The translations under genes and the position numbers were made by a program. A stretch of 64,000 nucleotides of DNA, from NCBI GenBank assembly GCA_963791505.1, contig CAWBSV010000084.1, forward strand, positions 19,081 to 83,080, given 5' to 3'. The stretch's first letter is position 1, and every line of letters begins with the position of its first letter. Below the pieces are notes generated by a model. The model was not told the origin of the DNA, ran no database searches, and was given only the letters and a program-made list of their open reading frames with translations. Below are positions 28,100 through 37,223 of the stretch, one piece after another. This stretch comes from an uncultured Acidobacteriaceae bacterium. Its GTDB lineage: Bacteria > Acidobacteriota > Terriglobia > Terriglobales > Acidobacteriaceae.

Positions 28100-29072
28100 G
28101 CCGCAGGTTCCGGAACCCCTTGCGCATTCGCCGAAAAAACGCCCGAAGCGGAGCCCTTGATTTGAATACGAATTTTTTCCGGAACCGCCGGGCAGCAGGA
28201 TTTGACAGCCAATCGTTTGCCATCGTCCGGGTAAGGACTTCTGCGACCGCCACATCGTCCGAATCATAACGCGGGATATAGGCGATCGGGAAATAAGGTA
28301 TGTCGGCAAACATCTTGCTTGCGGCACATCGGTAGATTTCCAGGTCGGGCTGAAGAACCTTGGAGAAAGCGGAGAGTGCCGACGAGGTGTTAAGGACTGT
28401 TGCGCAACGGGACAAAGCCAGGCAATCGATAAGGGCGCGATCAGCTTCGATCGTACGCTCTTCCTCCGTCTTCTGTTCCAAATGGTGGCGGCCGGCTCCA
28501 AAACCCGCGACCGGGACATCGAGATTGCTGCTGAGATACGTGACGAACGCTGCTTCATCCGTTGCGAGAAAAACCTGTTTTAATGCCGGCTTCCGTCGCA
28601 GCAGATCCTTTATAATCACTGTAAAGTCTTCAAAACTGACAGGATTGCTGTCCCACCCGGTCGTGTTTTTATCTGTGCCGCGATAATGAACGCCCAGCGT
28701 CTTGCTCAGATCCCCGAGGCTCCGAACGGCCTGCTCAATCCTGTTGGGCACGCAAAAATATTCCGACCAAAGCCGGTTTAGCTTGTGCCAGTCGTTACCC
28801 AGCGCAAATGGCCGATCTTGCTTGAGTTCCAACAAATTGATTCTGGTCTCGATGTCTTCCGGCGCCTTGTATGCCAAGTCCAACAAGCCGGGGATGACCT
28901 CAAAATCGGGCTCGCTGCCGTAAAGCTTTGAGGTGACAGACCACGCAGGACGCATCCTGTTGGATTGAAGGTATGGAAGCATCTCGAACGCGAATAAGAA
29001 CACTCCACCAAAAAGGCCCTGCGGGATCTCGCCGGGCGTGGTGAAGATGCATGTTCGATCGCTCCGCGGCAT
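28086..29072 (-). CDS. Putative GT-B fucosyltransferase-like glycosyltransferase
   Basis: 'LGVHYRGTDK' resembles the HxRxxD motif of the GT11/GT23/NodZ-type enzymes, and 'DRALIDCLALSRCATVLNTSSALSAFS' resembles their C-terminal motif. Pattern-level evidence only. Confidence 0.4.
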   Translation of the reverse strand: MPRSDRTCIFTTPGEIPQGLFGGVFLFAFEMLPYLQSNRMRPAWSVTSKLYGSEPDFEVIPGLLDLAYKAPEDIETRINLLELKQDRPFALGNDWHKLNRLWSEYFCVPNRIEQAVRSLGDLSKTLGVHYRGTDKNTTGWDSNPVSFEDFTVIIKDLLRRKPALKQVFLATDEAAFVTYLSSNLDVPVAGFGAGRHHLEQKTEEERTIEADRALIDCLALSRCATVLNTSSALSAFSKVLQPDLEIYRCAASKMFADIPYFPIAYIPRYDSDDVAVAEVLTRTMANDWLSNPAARRFRKKFVFKSRAPLRAFFRRMRKGFRNLRPIGV

Positions 29073-29535
29073 CGGATAAGGTCCTCAACGCATGGCTGGC
29101 CGGCTTGCGGCTGCCCACTCAAAATCTATGCCCTGCTTCGACCGCATCACGGATGGCTCCAGAATATTGAAGTCCAGATGCAAGGGCCAAATCAAGCCTC
29201 CAGTCCTGCGCGCAATTAACCGCCTCGAAACCGTTGCCGTCGGAACCACGATGCAAACGAGGCCAGGAAGCTCGCGTGATAACAGGTGACGGCGAATACG
29301 CCGCTTCCCTGGGTCAGCCCAAAACGCTTGTCGCAGTCTCGAGGCAGCAGCCCCGGCCTCGGCATTATAGGCTTCAAATGGCCGGAGCCCTCCAAATTGT
29401 TATGGCCGGGAAAGCCTCGGCCATGGCAAACTAGCTTGACATAGAAGAGAAGCGCTCAACCCTCATGCGTTCGGTTCCAGCCCATCCAATAAAGGTCGAA
29501 GCGGAGGCACAGACGCCGAGGCGCGTGCAGCGACC

Positions 29536-30255
29536 GTGACGCGGAAAGGGCTGTTCCCGGATACGGAGATCGCGCAGAGGATCAAGTGCGCCCTGTTGCT
29601 GCCTGTCGGCACGGTGGTGGGCGCGTTCGGATCTGCCGGGACAGTGGCGTTGACGTTCGATGATGGTCCTGACTTGGACGTGACTCCGCGCGTGCTCGAC
29701 GTGCTGGGCCGGCATGGCGCGAAGGCCACCTTCTTCGTCCTGGTCGATCATGCGCGGGAGAGGCCCGCACTGCTCCGTCGCATCCTGGACGAAGGTCACG
29801 AGATTGGCCTGCACTTCGACCGGCATGATCGGATAACCGATCTTCCAAAGGCCACGGCGTTCCGCCGGATGCGGAAGGCCAAACGAGACCTTTCCGAGCT
29901 GGCTGGCCCCATCTCGTTATTCAGGCCCCCTTACGGCAGCCAGAACCGCGTCACTTATCTATTTGCGCGCCTGCTCAATCTCGTGGTCATCGGTTGGAGC
30001 CGCCAAGGGAATGACTGGATCGAGCAGACCCCTGAACACTCGGCGGGGCTGGTGACGAAGGACCTGCACGGCGGCGACATCATCCTCTTGCACGATGGCC
30101 TTGAGCTCGGCCCGGATGAACCCCGTCCGGCGCTCGACCGCGCCCATGTGACCGATCTGGTCCTCGGCGAGGCGGCCAGGCTTGGACTGAAGGCGGTGAC
30201 CGTCGGCAGCCTTCTCACAAGGCGCGCGCCGAAACGGACCCGTTGGCTCCGCTGA
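29536..30255 (+). CDS. Polysaccharide deacetylase (NodB homology domain, CE4)
   Basis: 'VALTFDDGPD', 'HEIGLHFDRHD' and 'LFRPPYG' are the canonical CE4 motifs. GTG start. Confidence 0.85.
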   Translation: MTRKGLFPDTEIAQRIKCALLLPVGTVVGAFGSAGTVALTFDDGPDLDVTPRVLDVLGRHGAKATFFVLVDHARERPALLRRILDEGHEIGLHFDRHDRITDLPKATAFRRMRKAKRDLSELAGPISLFRPPYGSQNRVTYLFARLLNLVVIGWSRQGNDWIEQTPEHSAGLVTKDLHGGDIILLHDGLELGPDEPRPALDRAHVTDLVLGEAARLGLKAVTVGSLLTRRAPKRTRWLR

Positions 30256-30486
30256 GGGGCCTTGCGCGGAATCGAAGGATCTTTTTTCATTGCGGAGTGC
30301 GCGGCGATTTATCGACAAATCCCACGCTTGCCCTGTCAAAATTCGGAGTGCTAGGCTGGCTGGATGCAGCCATTGCGCCTTAAGGTTCAAAACAAATCTC
30401 AGTTGCGTCTCATGAGCTCGGCTCTGGCGACACAGGACCGAATCGGCTTTCGTGAACCCGAATGCCCAGCTGGATGCGAATCCTGA

Positions 30487-31236
30487 GTGGCGATTAAAAC
30501 CCTCCTTAAAAGGCGGTTTCCGGCGACCTGGAACCGGCTTCGCGCCACCCGAAAACTGATTGCACTGGCGCGACGGGTCTATGGATTTGAACCACGCGAC
30601 TGCGTGATGTGTGGCTATCGCGGGAAATTTCTGGCTGAGATTCATTTTCCCGACATTTTCACCTATGACGCGATATGCCCGCGTTGCGGATCGCTGCCGC
30701 GCAACCGCCTGCTCAGATTGGCGCTTGAAGATAAAAAGATGCTGAATGCCGGCACCCGGCTGCTTCACTTCGCGCCGGAAGACAATGTGCGCCGGTATGT
30801 CGAGCCACGCGCCGGCGTTTATCGCACCGCCGATTTGTACGCCAAGGGCGTCGATTTGCGCCTGAATATCGAAAACATCGATCAGCCCGACGCAAGCTGG
30901 GACCTCATCATCTGCTCGCATGTGCTGGAACATGTCGATCACCGCAAAGCTCTGAAAGAGCTCTTTCGCATTCTGGCGCCCGGCGGCATCCTTTTGGCGC
31001 TGTTTCCCGTCGTGGAGGCCTGGCCCCACGATTACGAGGCGCCGCAGATTCAGCGTCCCCGCGAGCGCGGTCTGCATTTCGGCAAGGAAAATCACGTGAG
31101 ACGCTTCGGCGCTTCGGTACGTGGCGAATTTACCCGAGCGGGCTTTGCCCTCGATACCTTCTCACCCATCGGACCAGAGGTGGTTCGCTATGGTCTGATC
31201 CCGGGCGAAACGCTCTTTATCGGCCGCAAATTATGA
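30487..31236 (+). CDS. Class I SAM-dependent methyltransferase with an N-terminal Cys4 zinc-ribbon
   Basis: 'CVMCGYRGKF...CPRCGSLPRNR' followed by 'LLHFAPE...DLIICSHVLEHV...LAPGGILLA'. Confidence 0.75.
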   Translation: MAIKTLLKRRFPATWNRLRATRKLIALARRVYGFEPRDCVMCGYRGKFLAEIHFPDIFTYDAICPRCGSLPRNRLLRLALEDKKMLNAGTRLLHFAPEDNVRRYVEPRAGVYRTADLYAKGVDLRLNIENIDQPDASWDLIICSHVLEHVDHRKALKELFRILAPGGILLALFPVVEAWPHDYEAPQIQRPRERGLHFGKENHVRRFGASVRGEFTRAGFALDTFSPIGPEVVRYGLIPGETLFIGRKL

Positions 31237-31258
31237 CTGCATGATCGGGCGCGGGCCC
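30868..31258 (+). repeat. Copy A of a ~390-bp diverged direct repeat (3' half of the methyltransferase gene plus ~25 bp downstream)
   Basis: Aligns by eye with 32354-32757 at roughly 85% identity, for example 'cagcccgacgcaagctgggacctcatcatctg' and 'ctgcatttcggcaaggaaaatcac', which are identical in both. Confidence 0.8.
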
Positions 31259-31283
31259 TTGGAGGTTGGCGATGCACGCACAA

Positions 31284-32150
31284 CTAAGGAGACTGCCAGA
31301 TTCCAAACGCGAAATGATAGATACCGTCCTTAAGGCATTGTTGGTCGGCTACGGCAAAATCCTCAATAAGGTCTTCGGGCAAAGTCGCCATGTTCATCAC
31401 CAATGGCCCGCAGATATTGAGCATTGCGCCCCCTAACGGCCTCAGGGCTAACCCAAAGATATCACGTGCGGCACTTTCTATCAGATGGCTTTGCGGGGCT
31501 TCCGATGGGTCTTTGATCATCTGTCGCAAGCGCCGCACCGAGTTTCCTTTGGTTGCTTTTGGAATTGACGCCCCGTGCTTCTTTTCTAGGCCGGTCAGAT
31601 AAGCATTTACGGCTTTAACCTCGCGCTCTGTCCATTGGAGCCTTGGTGGTCCCACATAGTCATTGATGCAGATGACGCCGCCAGGAATAAGGGAGGCTCT
31701 GCACCATTCGAGCGCCTCGTGCACATCTGACATGTGATGCAGGGAGTGATCCCAATAAATTAGGTCATAAATCGGCCGCGCCGGAAGATCGAAGGGGCTG
31801 CCGGTGATGAACCTGCCCCGTTCTGGAAGGTTGTTTATGGCTAGAGCTTCCTTGCCAGCCTTGACCAAAAGCGGGGATAACTCATACAGATCAAAGTGCT
31901 CAACTATATCGTTCTTGAGCAAAAACGCTTCCTTCCAAGTATTGCCGCATCCGACAGAAATTCCGCGCGATAATCGTCTTCCGGCAAGGTGCTTTTGGAG
32001 CGCAATAAGGACGCCGTACTCCTGTCCTGGTTCACCGCAAATCTGCTCGCTGATGTAGTGCCGTAGATAGGCGCTATCCCACCAATTATGCAGGCCGCTA
32101 CGAGTACTGCGGTCCCATTTGGCTGACACCAAGCTTTTGATATTTATCAC
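31284..32150 (-). CDS. Class I SAM-dependent methyltransferase
   Basis: 'GISVGCGNTWKE' (motif I-like), 'YDLIYWDHSLHHM' and 'LIPGGVICINDY'. Confidence 0.7.
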   Translation of the reverse strand: MINIKSLVSAKWDRSTRSGLHNWWDSAYLRHYISEQICGEPGQEYGVLIALQKHLAGRRLSRGISVGCGNTWKEAFLLKNDIVEHFDLYELSPLLVKAGKEALAINNLPERGRFITGSPFDLPARPIYDLIYWDHSLHHMSDVHEALEWCRASLIPGGVICINDYVGPPRLQWTEREVKAVNAYLTGLEKKHGASIPKATKGNSVRRLRQMIKDPSEAPQSHLIESAARDIFGLALRPLGGAMLNICGPLVMNMATLPEDLIEDFAVADQQCLKDGIYHFAFGIWQSP

Positions 32151-32353
32151 CAGCGACCCAACTATCGTTCAGCGATTAGCAGGAATCATGATGGCCATCC
32201 CCATCACCGCAATCGCCGCGAAGAATAGGAAGCAATGGATTGCCTAAAGCATCCCTGTCGTATTCCCGATCTTCCGGCGTGCCACCATCATAAGACGCGC
32301 GCATCGGCGCACCATATCCCCAGCCTTCACCCCAGATCAACCAAAACACCGGC

Positions 32354-32731
32354 AGTTGATAGTATCGAGAGCATAGACCAGCCCGACGCAAGCTGGGACC
32401 TCATCATCTGTCCTCATGTGCTGCAACATGTCGATCGCCGCAAGGCTCTGAAAGAGCTCTTCGCGTTCTGGCGCCCGGCGGCATCCTTTTAGCGCTGTTT
32501 CCCGTAGTGAAGGCCTGGCCGCATGATTATGAGGCGCCTCAGATTCAGCCCCCGCGAGGTCGCGGCCTGCATTTCGGCAAGGAAAATCACCGGCGGCGCT
32601 TTGGCGCCTTGATACGCGGGGAATTCGTCGAGGCCGGCTTTGCGCTCGAGGCCTTCTCGCCGATCGGACCGGAGGTCGTACAGCATGGTCTGATCCCAGG
32701 CGAAACACTTTTTATCGGCCGCAAGTTCTGA
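32354..32731 (+). pseudogene. Truncated, frameshifted copy of the 3' half of methyltransferase 30487..31236
   Basis: Split over ORFs 32235..32492 ('IDQPDASWDLIICPHVLQHVDRRKALKELF') and 32507..32731 ('WPHDYEAPQIQPPRGRGLHFGKENH...LIPGETLFIGRKF'). There is a 1-nt deletion relative to copy A at 'ctctt(t)cgc', and no N-terminal half. Confidence 0.8.
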
Positions 32732-32911
32732 CCGCGATGATCGAACACAGGTCGCGGGCCCCCGGGGCGTGTGGGGCATAGTCGGTCGAGCTTGCGAAAA
32801 CGATCGAAGTTTCTGACGATCAATATGTGGACCCCGTGTTTGCCACGCTGACAACAAAGCTTTGCTGCTCGTTGGGTAAGATGCTATGTTGACTCTGCCA
32901 ACCGGGGGGGC

Positions 32912-33742
32912 TTGGATCGTCTGATACTCGTTCGGGCTACAACACTGAGCGAAGCGACCGTCGCCATGGCCGACGAGTTGGCAACGGCTAGTGGCCAGGA
33001 AGTCGCGTTCGTCGTTGACGGGCGCAACCCTGTGAAAATTCCCACATCGCGGCCGACAATAATGCTGACGGCAGATGCTTGTTCGGCCCTAGGTCTGTAT
33101 TGCCCATCCGACTTTGCTTGGCGCTGCGGCGACTACGGCATCTATCTGGCTCGCCAGCGTTTTCCAGAGATTCCGTACTTCTGGCTGCTCGAGCACGACA
33201 TCAGGATTGCAGGCGGACAACCAACGGCGTTCTTCCAAACCTTTGAAAACCAGCCGCAGATTGATTTCCTGGCTTGCAACTATCGTCGCGCCAACCCTGA
33301 TTGGGATTGGTATTTCAACGCATCTGGGCGCGATATACTTACCTTCCGGTGCACATTCGGTATCGTTCGGCTGTCGGCGCGCGCCATTGACCGGCTGCTC
33401 GCCAAGCGCGTCGAGCAAGCCAGGATTTCCCAGCGCCGCAAGTTGTGTCCAAACGATGAAGGTTTCGTCGCGACCACCTTAAGCAATAGCGACTTCAGAT
33501 GCGCAGATTTCAACGATTTCGGACAGATCTTTTATGACAACAAGACACTGTCTCTTCACACCCCCGTGCGAGGAGAGACCTTTGCACCTACCACATCCAG
33601 CCCGATGATCTACCATCCGGTTCTGTGGGGCGCGGACTATGAGCGCGGCAATGCCAGTGGCGCGGCCAAACCAAAGCTCGGCCCTGTCGCAATCTTAAAG
33701 AAGAGCGCGCGGCAGCGTTTGAGCTCCATGTTAAAATGGTGA
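32912..33742 (+). CDS. Hypothetical protein (possible atypical transferase)
   Basis: 276-aa ORF embedded in the EPS locus. No confident motif ('FWLLEHDIRIAG' could be a degenerate DxD region). Confidence 0.45.
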   Translation: MDRLILVRATTLSEATVAMADELATASGQEVAFVVDGRNPVKIPTSRPTIMLTADACSALGLYCPSDFAWRCGDYGIYLARQRFPEIPYFWLLEHDIRIAGGQPTAFFQTFENQPQIDFLACNYRRANPDWDWYFNASGRDILTFRCTFGIVRLSARAIDRLLAKRVEQARISQRRKLCPNDEGFVATTLSNSDFRCADFNDFGQIFYDNKTLSLHTPVRGETFAPTTSSPMIYHPVLWGADYERGNASGAAKPKLGPVAILKKSARQRLSSMLKW

Positions 33743-33779
33743 GGCGCCAGCGGCGCAATGCTGGCGCCCCCCCGCGATC

Positions 33780-34574
33780 TCACTGGCTCTGCGGTTTCCA
33801 AGACGTATAGTAGCTGCCGGGATTTACCAAATATTCCACCGTGACTTCTGGAACATGGACGACATTGGCGCGCCGGCTTGCACGCCAGACAAACTCCCAG
33901 TCCTCTTTGGGAAGCGTTGCGCGGGTTCGCGGCAGGCGACTGAACGGAGGACACGAGGTTCTCCGCAGAACAATCGAGTTCGCGTCCACCCATGACGTCT
34001 CATCAGAAAAACGCTTCCGGTCGAACGGTTTTGAAAGGACGTCCAACTCCGACCCATCTGGCCGTGTGCGCCGCACGGCGGTGTATACGAGATCGGCGCC
34101 TCTTTCGAGACTGTCAACGGCGACCGAGAGGTGCCGTGGCGTCCAGACATTGTCATCATCGAGGAAGGCGACATATTCCGATCGGGACAGCCGGATGCCG
34201 ACATTCCGCACAATACCAAGCACCGCGGAATTGCGAGATAGCGAGACCGCGAAAAGGCGAGGGTCGGCGGGCAACGGGGGAAGGCCGGCACCGTCGTCGA
34301 CCACAACAATGACGAAATCCTGGCGCTCCTGAGCCAGGATCGAATCGATCGCCTTCAGCAGGCCCTGAGGCCTTTTAAAGGTCGGAATGATGCAGGCGAT
34401 TTTCGCCTCGGGGATCCGGCCCAAATCGGACCGCAGGCGCGCCACCTCCCTGTTTTCGAACCGTATAAGCTCCGGGATCCGCGGGCTCAAAGCGACGGAA
34501 TTCCATATTTCCCGGGCCGGCCAAAGCCCGATTGCTTTTCGGATCGAGGTCCTGACGCTCTTCACAAAGCCCAT
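33780..34574 (-). CDS. Family-2 glycosyltransferase
   Basis: 'IACIIPTFKRPQGLLKAIDSILAQ...VVVVDDGAG...AFLDDDN'. Confidence 0.8.
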   Translation of the reverse strand: MGFVKSVRTSIRKAIGLWPAREIWNSVALSPRIPELIRFENREVARLRSDLGRIPEAKIACIIPTFKRPQGLLKAIDSILAQERQDFVIVVVDDGAGLPPLPADPRLFAVSLSRNSAVLGIVRNVGIRLSRSEYVAFLDDDNVWTPRHLSVAVDSLERGADLVYTAVRRTRPDGSELDVLSKPFDRKRFSDETSWVDANSIVLRRTSCPPFSRLPRTRATLPKEDWEFVWRASRRANVVHVPEVTVEYLVNPGSYYTSWKPQSQ

Positions 34575-34693
34575 TGTCAGACGAATGCCCAGAAACGATA
34601 GTTATGCCAGCTGTGGCCGGCCCGCCAAGATCAACAATAAGACACGGGGCATAAGATCAAAAACCCCGCAAGCTGAATACGGACTCCGCAGAC

Positions 34694-36115
34694 TCAGCTT
34701 GGTGAGAAGGCGTAGGCGCCGATGTCAACTTTTGGCCCGCGCGGCTTGCCTTCTATGTCGGTAGTGGGCGCGCCGTCCCCCGAGCCTTGGCCCCTGGCAT
34801 CCGATCTCTTGGTAGGATGCAGGTCATAAGCGAAATGTTCGGGATCGAATTTGGCGAAATCGCCGGCGAAGTCCCTAGTACCCGACACACGGAAATTGTG
34901 ATCTACCTCAACACCCGGCGGCAGGCCCCCTCCCCCCGGCAAATCCAGCGCAACATTGTTGCGAATAACGACACTGTGGTACGCAGTACCGGGAAGATCG
35001 CCCTTGCGAGGGCTGTATCCGATCCAGGTGCGGCGCTTGGCATTCGTGCCGGCCACAGTATTGTTGATGATGGTCAGGTTGTTGACGCCATAGGCTGTGA
35101 TCCCGTGCCAAGTCGAAGTGATCACCAGATTGTTTGAGATCTGCATGCCGTCCCAAGAACCATCGAAGATCGTGATCCCGTGAAGATCGTCCGACGCCAG
35201 AACAAGATTCGGCTTGGTTTGAGCAATGATAACATTGCTATCAATGACGACATCGGTATCGATCTGTCCCGGCTTGTTATGCCAGTTCCAGCCTTGGATC
35301 CCGTCCGTATGGACGCATTTGTTCTCGCAAATGTCGTGACTGTTGGTGATGCGGTTCCGCAGTATGCGAACGTGACTGGCGGAATGATCGATCCCATCGC
35401 CTGCGAAATCGTCGATTAGATTGTCGGTCACAGCAAAATATTTCCCGTGATCGCCGACCTGATCGCCGCCTATTGTTATTGCATTAAACACATTGAAAAT
35501 ATGATTTTGAACCAGCGAGATGCACGAGCTTTGGTCAGCCTCGATCCCGCTGGAGACCGTCGCCAAGGTTGATGGTGCGCCAATTTCCTGCTGCCACGCA
35601 AATTCGCCGGGCCGGGAAAAAAGAGTGTTATGTTCAAATATGAGATTGTCGGAGTTGGTGATATTCACCACCGCGTCATGTTTGAAACTCCCGTTCTGAT
35701 ATTGACCGCCGCTTATGTTGGACACTGTCACCCCACTGATTCGCCAGTGTGAAGCACCGCCCTGCCAACCGATTCCGATGCCGGTGAACTTTGGGGTCTG
35801 ACCCAGTGCGGCTTCGATGGTGATAAAGCCGGTATTTTTTCCGTCCAGCAGGAGGCCGCCATAGTTACCGCTCATCAAGCTGATCTTGTCGCCCGGCTTG
35901 GCTGCCTTTAGCGCGGCAGTAATATTGTTATAGGAATTTTTTTCCGCGCCCGCCGGGTCCACGACCAGCGTCTGGCCAGCGACGCTCGCAGGCGCAGCGC
36001 ATGCTGGAAAAAAATCATGCGCTGTCGCAGCCGATGATACTCCGGAATGACAGACCATCGCGAACGCAAGCAATGCGAGCGGGCCGAATGCCTTCTTCAT
36101 AGGATATCCAAACAA
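34694..36115 (-). CDS. Secreted right-handed parallel beta-helix repeat protein (glycanase, lyase or epimerase-like)
   Basis: Signal peptide 'MKKAFGPLALLAFAMVCHSGVSSA' (likely start 36100). Repeated PbH1-like units are present ('NHIFNVFNAITIGG', 'DNLIDDFAGDGIDHS', 'RNRITNSHD', 'NNLVITSTWHGI', 'NNTVAG'). Confidence 0.7.
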   Translation of the reverse strand: MFGYPMKKAFGPLALLAFAMVCHSGVSSAATAHDFFPACAAPASVAGQTLVVDPAGAEKNSYNNITAALKAAKPGDKISLMSGNYGGLLLDGKNTGFITIEAALGQTPKFTGIGIGWQGGASHWRISGVTVSNISGGQYQNGSFKHDAVVNITNSDNLIFEHNTLFSRPGEFAWQQEIGAPSTLATVSSGIEADQSSCISLVQNHIFNVFNAITIGGDQVGDHGKYFAVTDNLIDDFAGDGIDHSASHVRILRNRITNSHDICENKCVHTDGIQGWNWHNKPGQIDTDVVIDSNVIIAQTKPNLVLASDDLHGITIFDGSWDGMQISNNLVITSTWHGITAYGVNNLTIINNTVAGTNAKRRTWIGYSPRKGDLPGTAYHSVVIRNNVALDLPGGGGLPPGVEVDHNFRVSGTRDFAGDFAKFDPEHFAYDLHPTKRSDARGQGSGDGAPTTDIEGKPRGPKVDIGAYAFSPS

Positions 36116-36268
36116 AGCGGTGACTGAATACAGACCGGCTCAACCCTAGTCGAGCCGTCCCATTCGGGGTAGCCCTATTCAGTATTTGGATCTGGAGCCG
36201 ACGAGGCTCGCTCGCACAAACCGCCGCTTCCTGCGGAGGTTTATGTTCAGAAGGCTGGCGTCACACCG

Positions 36269-37120
36269 TTAATTTTGTGGACGGGCGTTGATCCGTTGCT
36301 CCGCCAAGCCTTTGAGAAGGTCAATGGGTACACGCTTCTCAAACCCAAGAAGTTCTGCCCGCGTGAAAGGAATGTCGAGCGTCTTGATAAGCGTCTCGCC
36401 TTCGGCGCGGGCTCTGTCGATATTATAGCTGCTGGCGACGGCGCGCAGGTGACGGACGGGCGCGGCATCCACAATCCCCATCTTAAAGCCCTTTTTTCTC
36501 GCGAGTTCAGACCAGACGAGATCGATGCCATAGCACCAACGGGAAGGCGGAAAGGGTATGACATCTGAAAATACTTCGCGATTGAATGCCGTAAGGGGAC
36601 CGATTTCGACAAAATGGGTCTCCCTCACAAAAGAGTAAAGTTTTCTCAGTGTCACATCATATGTGGCGTGTGAGGAGAGCGCGTGGGCCGGCTGCGAGAT
36701 CGACAGCCCCGCCATTTCGCTCAGCGTAATGAGCCTATCCAGCATGTGACTGTCGAAAGCTATGTCGTCGTCCACAATCAGCAGCCATTCGTGATCGTAA
36801 ATGTTCACGGTGGAGAGAGCCCGCTCGACATTGGCGAACTTTCCCAATCCTTCGGCCATCGGCACTATGGAAACATCAATCAAGTGTCTCGAAGTCCGTT
36901 GCAGCCGGCCGAGAACATCATGCACATCCCTGGGCCGGCTGGGCACCTCGATGCCTATCGCGAGCACACGCCGGGGAATTGCCGCCCTGTCGATCAGCCG
37001 AATGCCTTGAGCCAGCAGCGATAGATCAATCCAGGGGTCAAGCATCGCGCCAAGGTAGCGCCGCCGCCTGCCATGAAAGTTGGCGACCCTGCCGCTGTCG
37101 TCGGTGAAGAAATCGGACAT
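36269..37120 (-). CDS. Putative GT-A-like glycosyltransferase (uncharacterised family)
   Basis: 'HEWLLIVDDDIAF' is a DxD-type motif in a context resembling a nucleotide-sugar transferase. No named family recognised. Confidence 0.4.
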   Translation of the reverse strand: MSDFFTDDSGRVANFHGRRRRYLGAMLDPWIDLSLLAQGIRLIDRAAIPRRVLAIGIEVPSRPRDVHDVLGRLQRTSRHLIDVSIVPMAEGLGKFANVERALSTVNIYDHEWLLIVDDDIAFDSHMLDRLITLSEMAGLSISQPAHALSSHATYDVTLRKLYSFVRETHFVEIGPLTAFNREVFSDVIPFPPSRWCYGIDLVWSELARKKGFKMGIVDAAPVRHLRAVASSYNIDRARAEGETLIKTLDIPFTRAELLGFEKRVPIDLLKGLAEQRINARPQN

Positions 37121-37223
37121 ATAGGCGGCGGCTTTCTTCTATTGAGGTTACGCAATAAATGCCCATTGGATTTGAGCACGACGTAAATGGGGCCTCGAAC
37201 GGTGTAAAATTCTCAAGCTGGCT

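Noticed and set aside
29073-29535. 460-nt stretch without a gene between the fucosyltransferase-like gene and the deacetylase. I looked for an IS remnant, an sRNA or repeats.
   Set aside because: No inverted terminal repeats, no convincing ORF fragment in any frame and no strong hairpin were found. It may simply be a divergent promoter region.
29959-31095. 378-aa minus-strand ORF spanning the deacetylase 3' end, a 230-nt spacer and the methyltransferase gene.
   Set aside because: It is unusual in crossing an intergenic spacer, but the translation is low-complexity and has no recognisable domain. Both plus-strand genes have strong motifs.
32176-32391. 71-aa minus-strand ORF between methyltransferase 31284..32150 and the duplicated fragment.
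   Set aside because: Its 5' part runs antisense through the repeat copy. Only the unique 3' part looks protein-like, and it is treated as a possible gene stump inside the duplication finding rather than as a gene.
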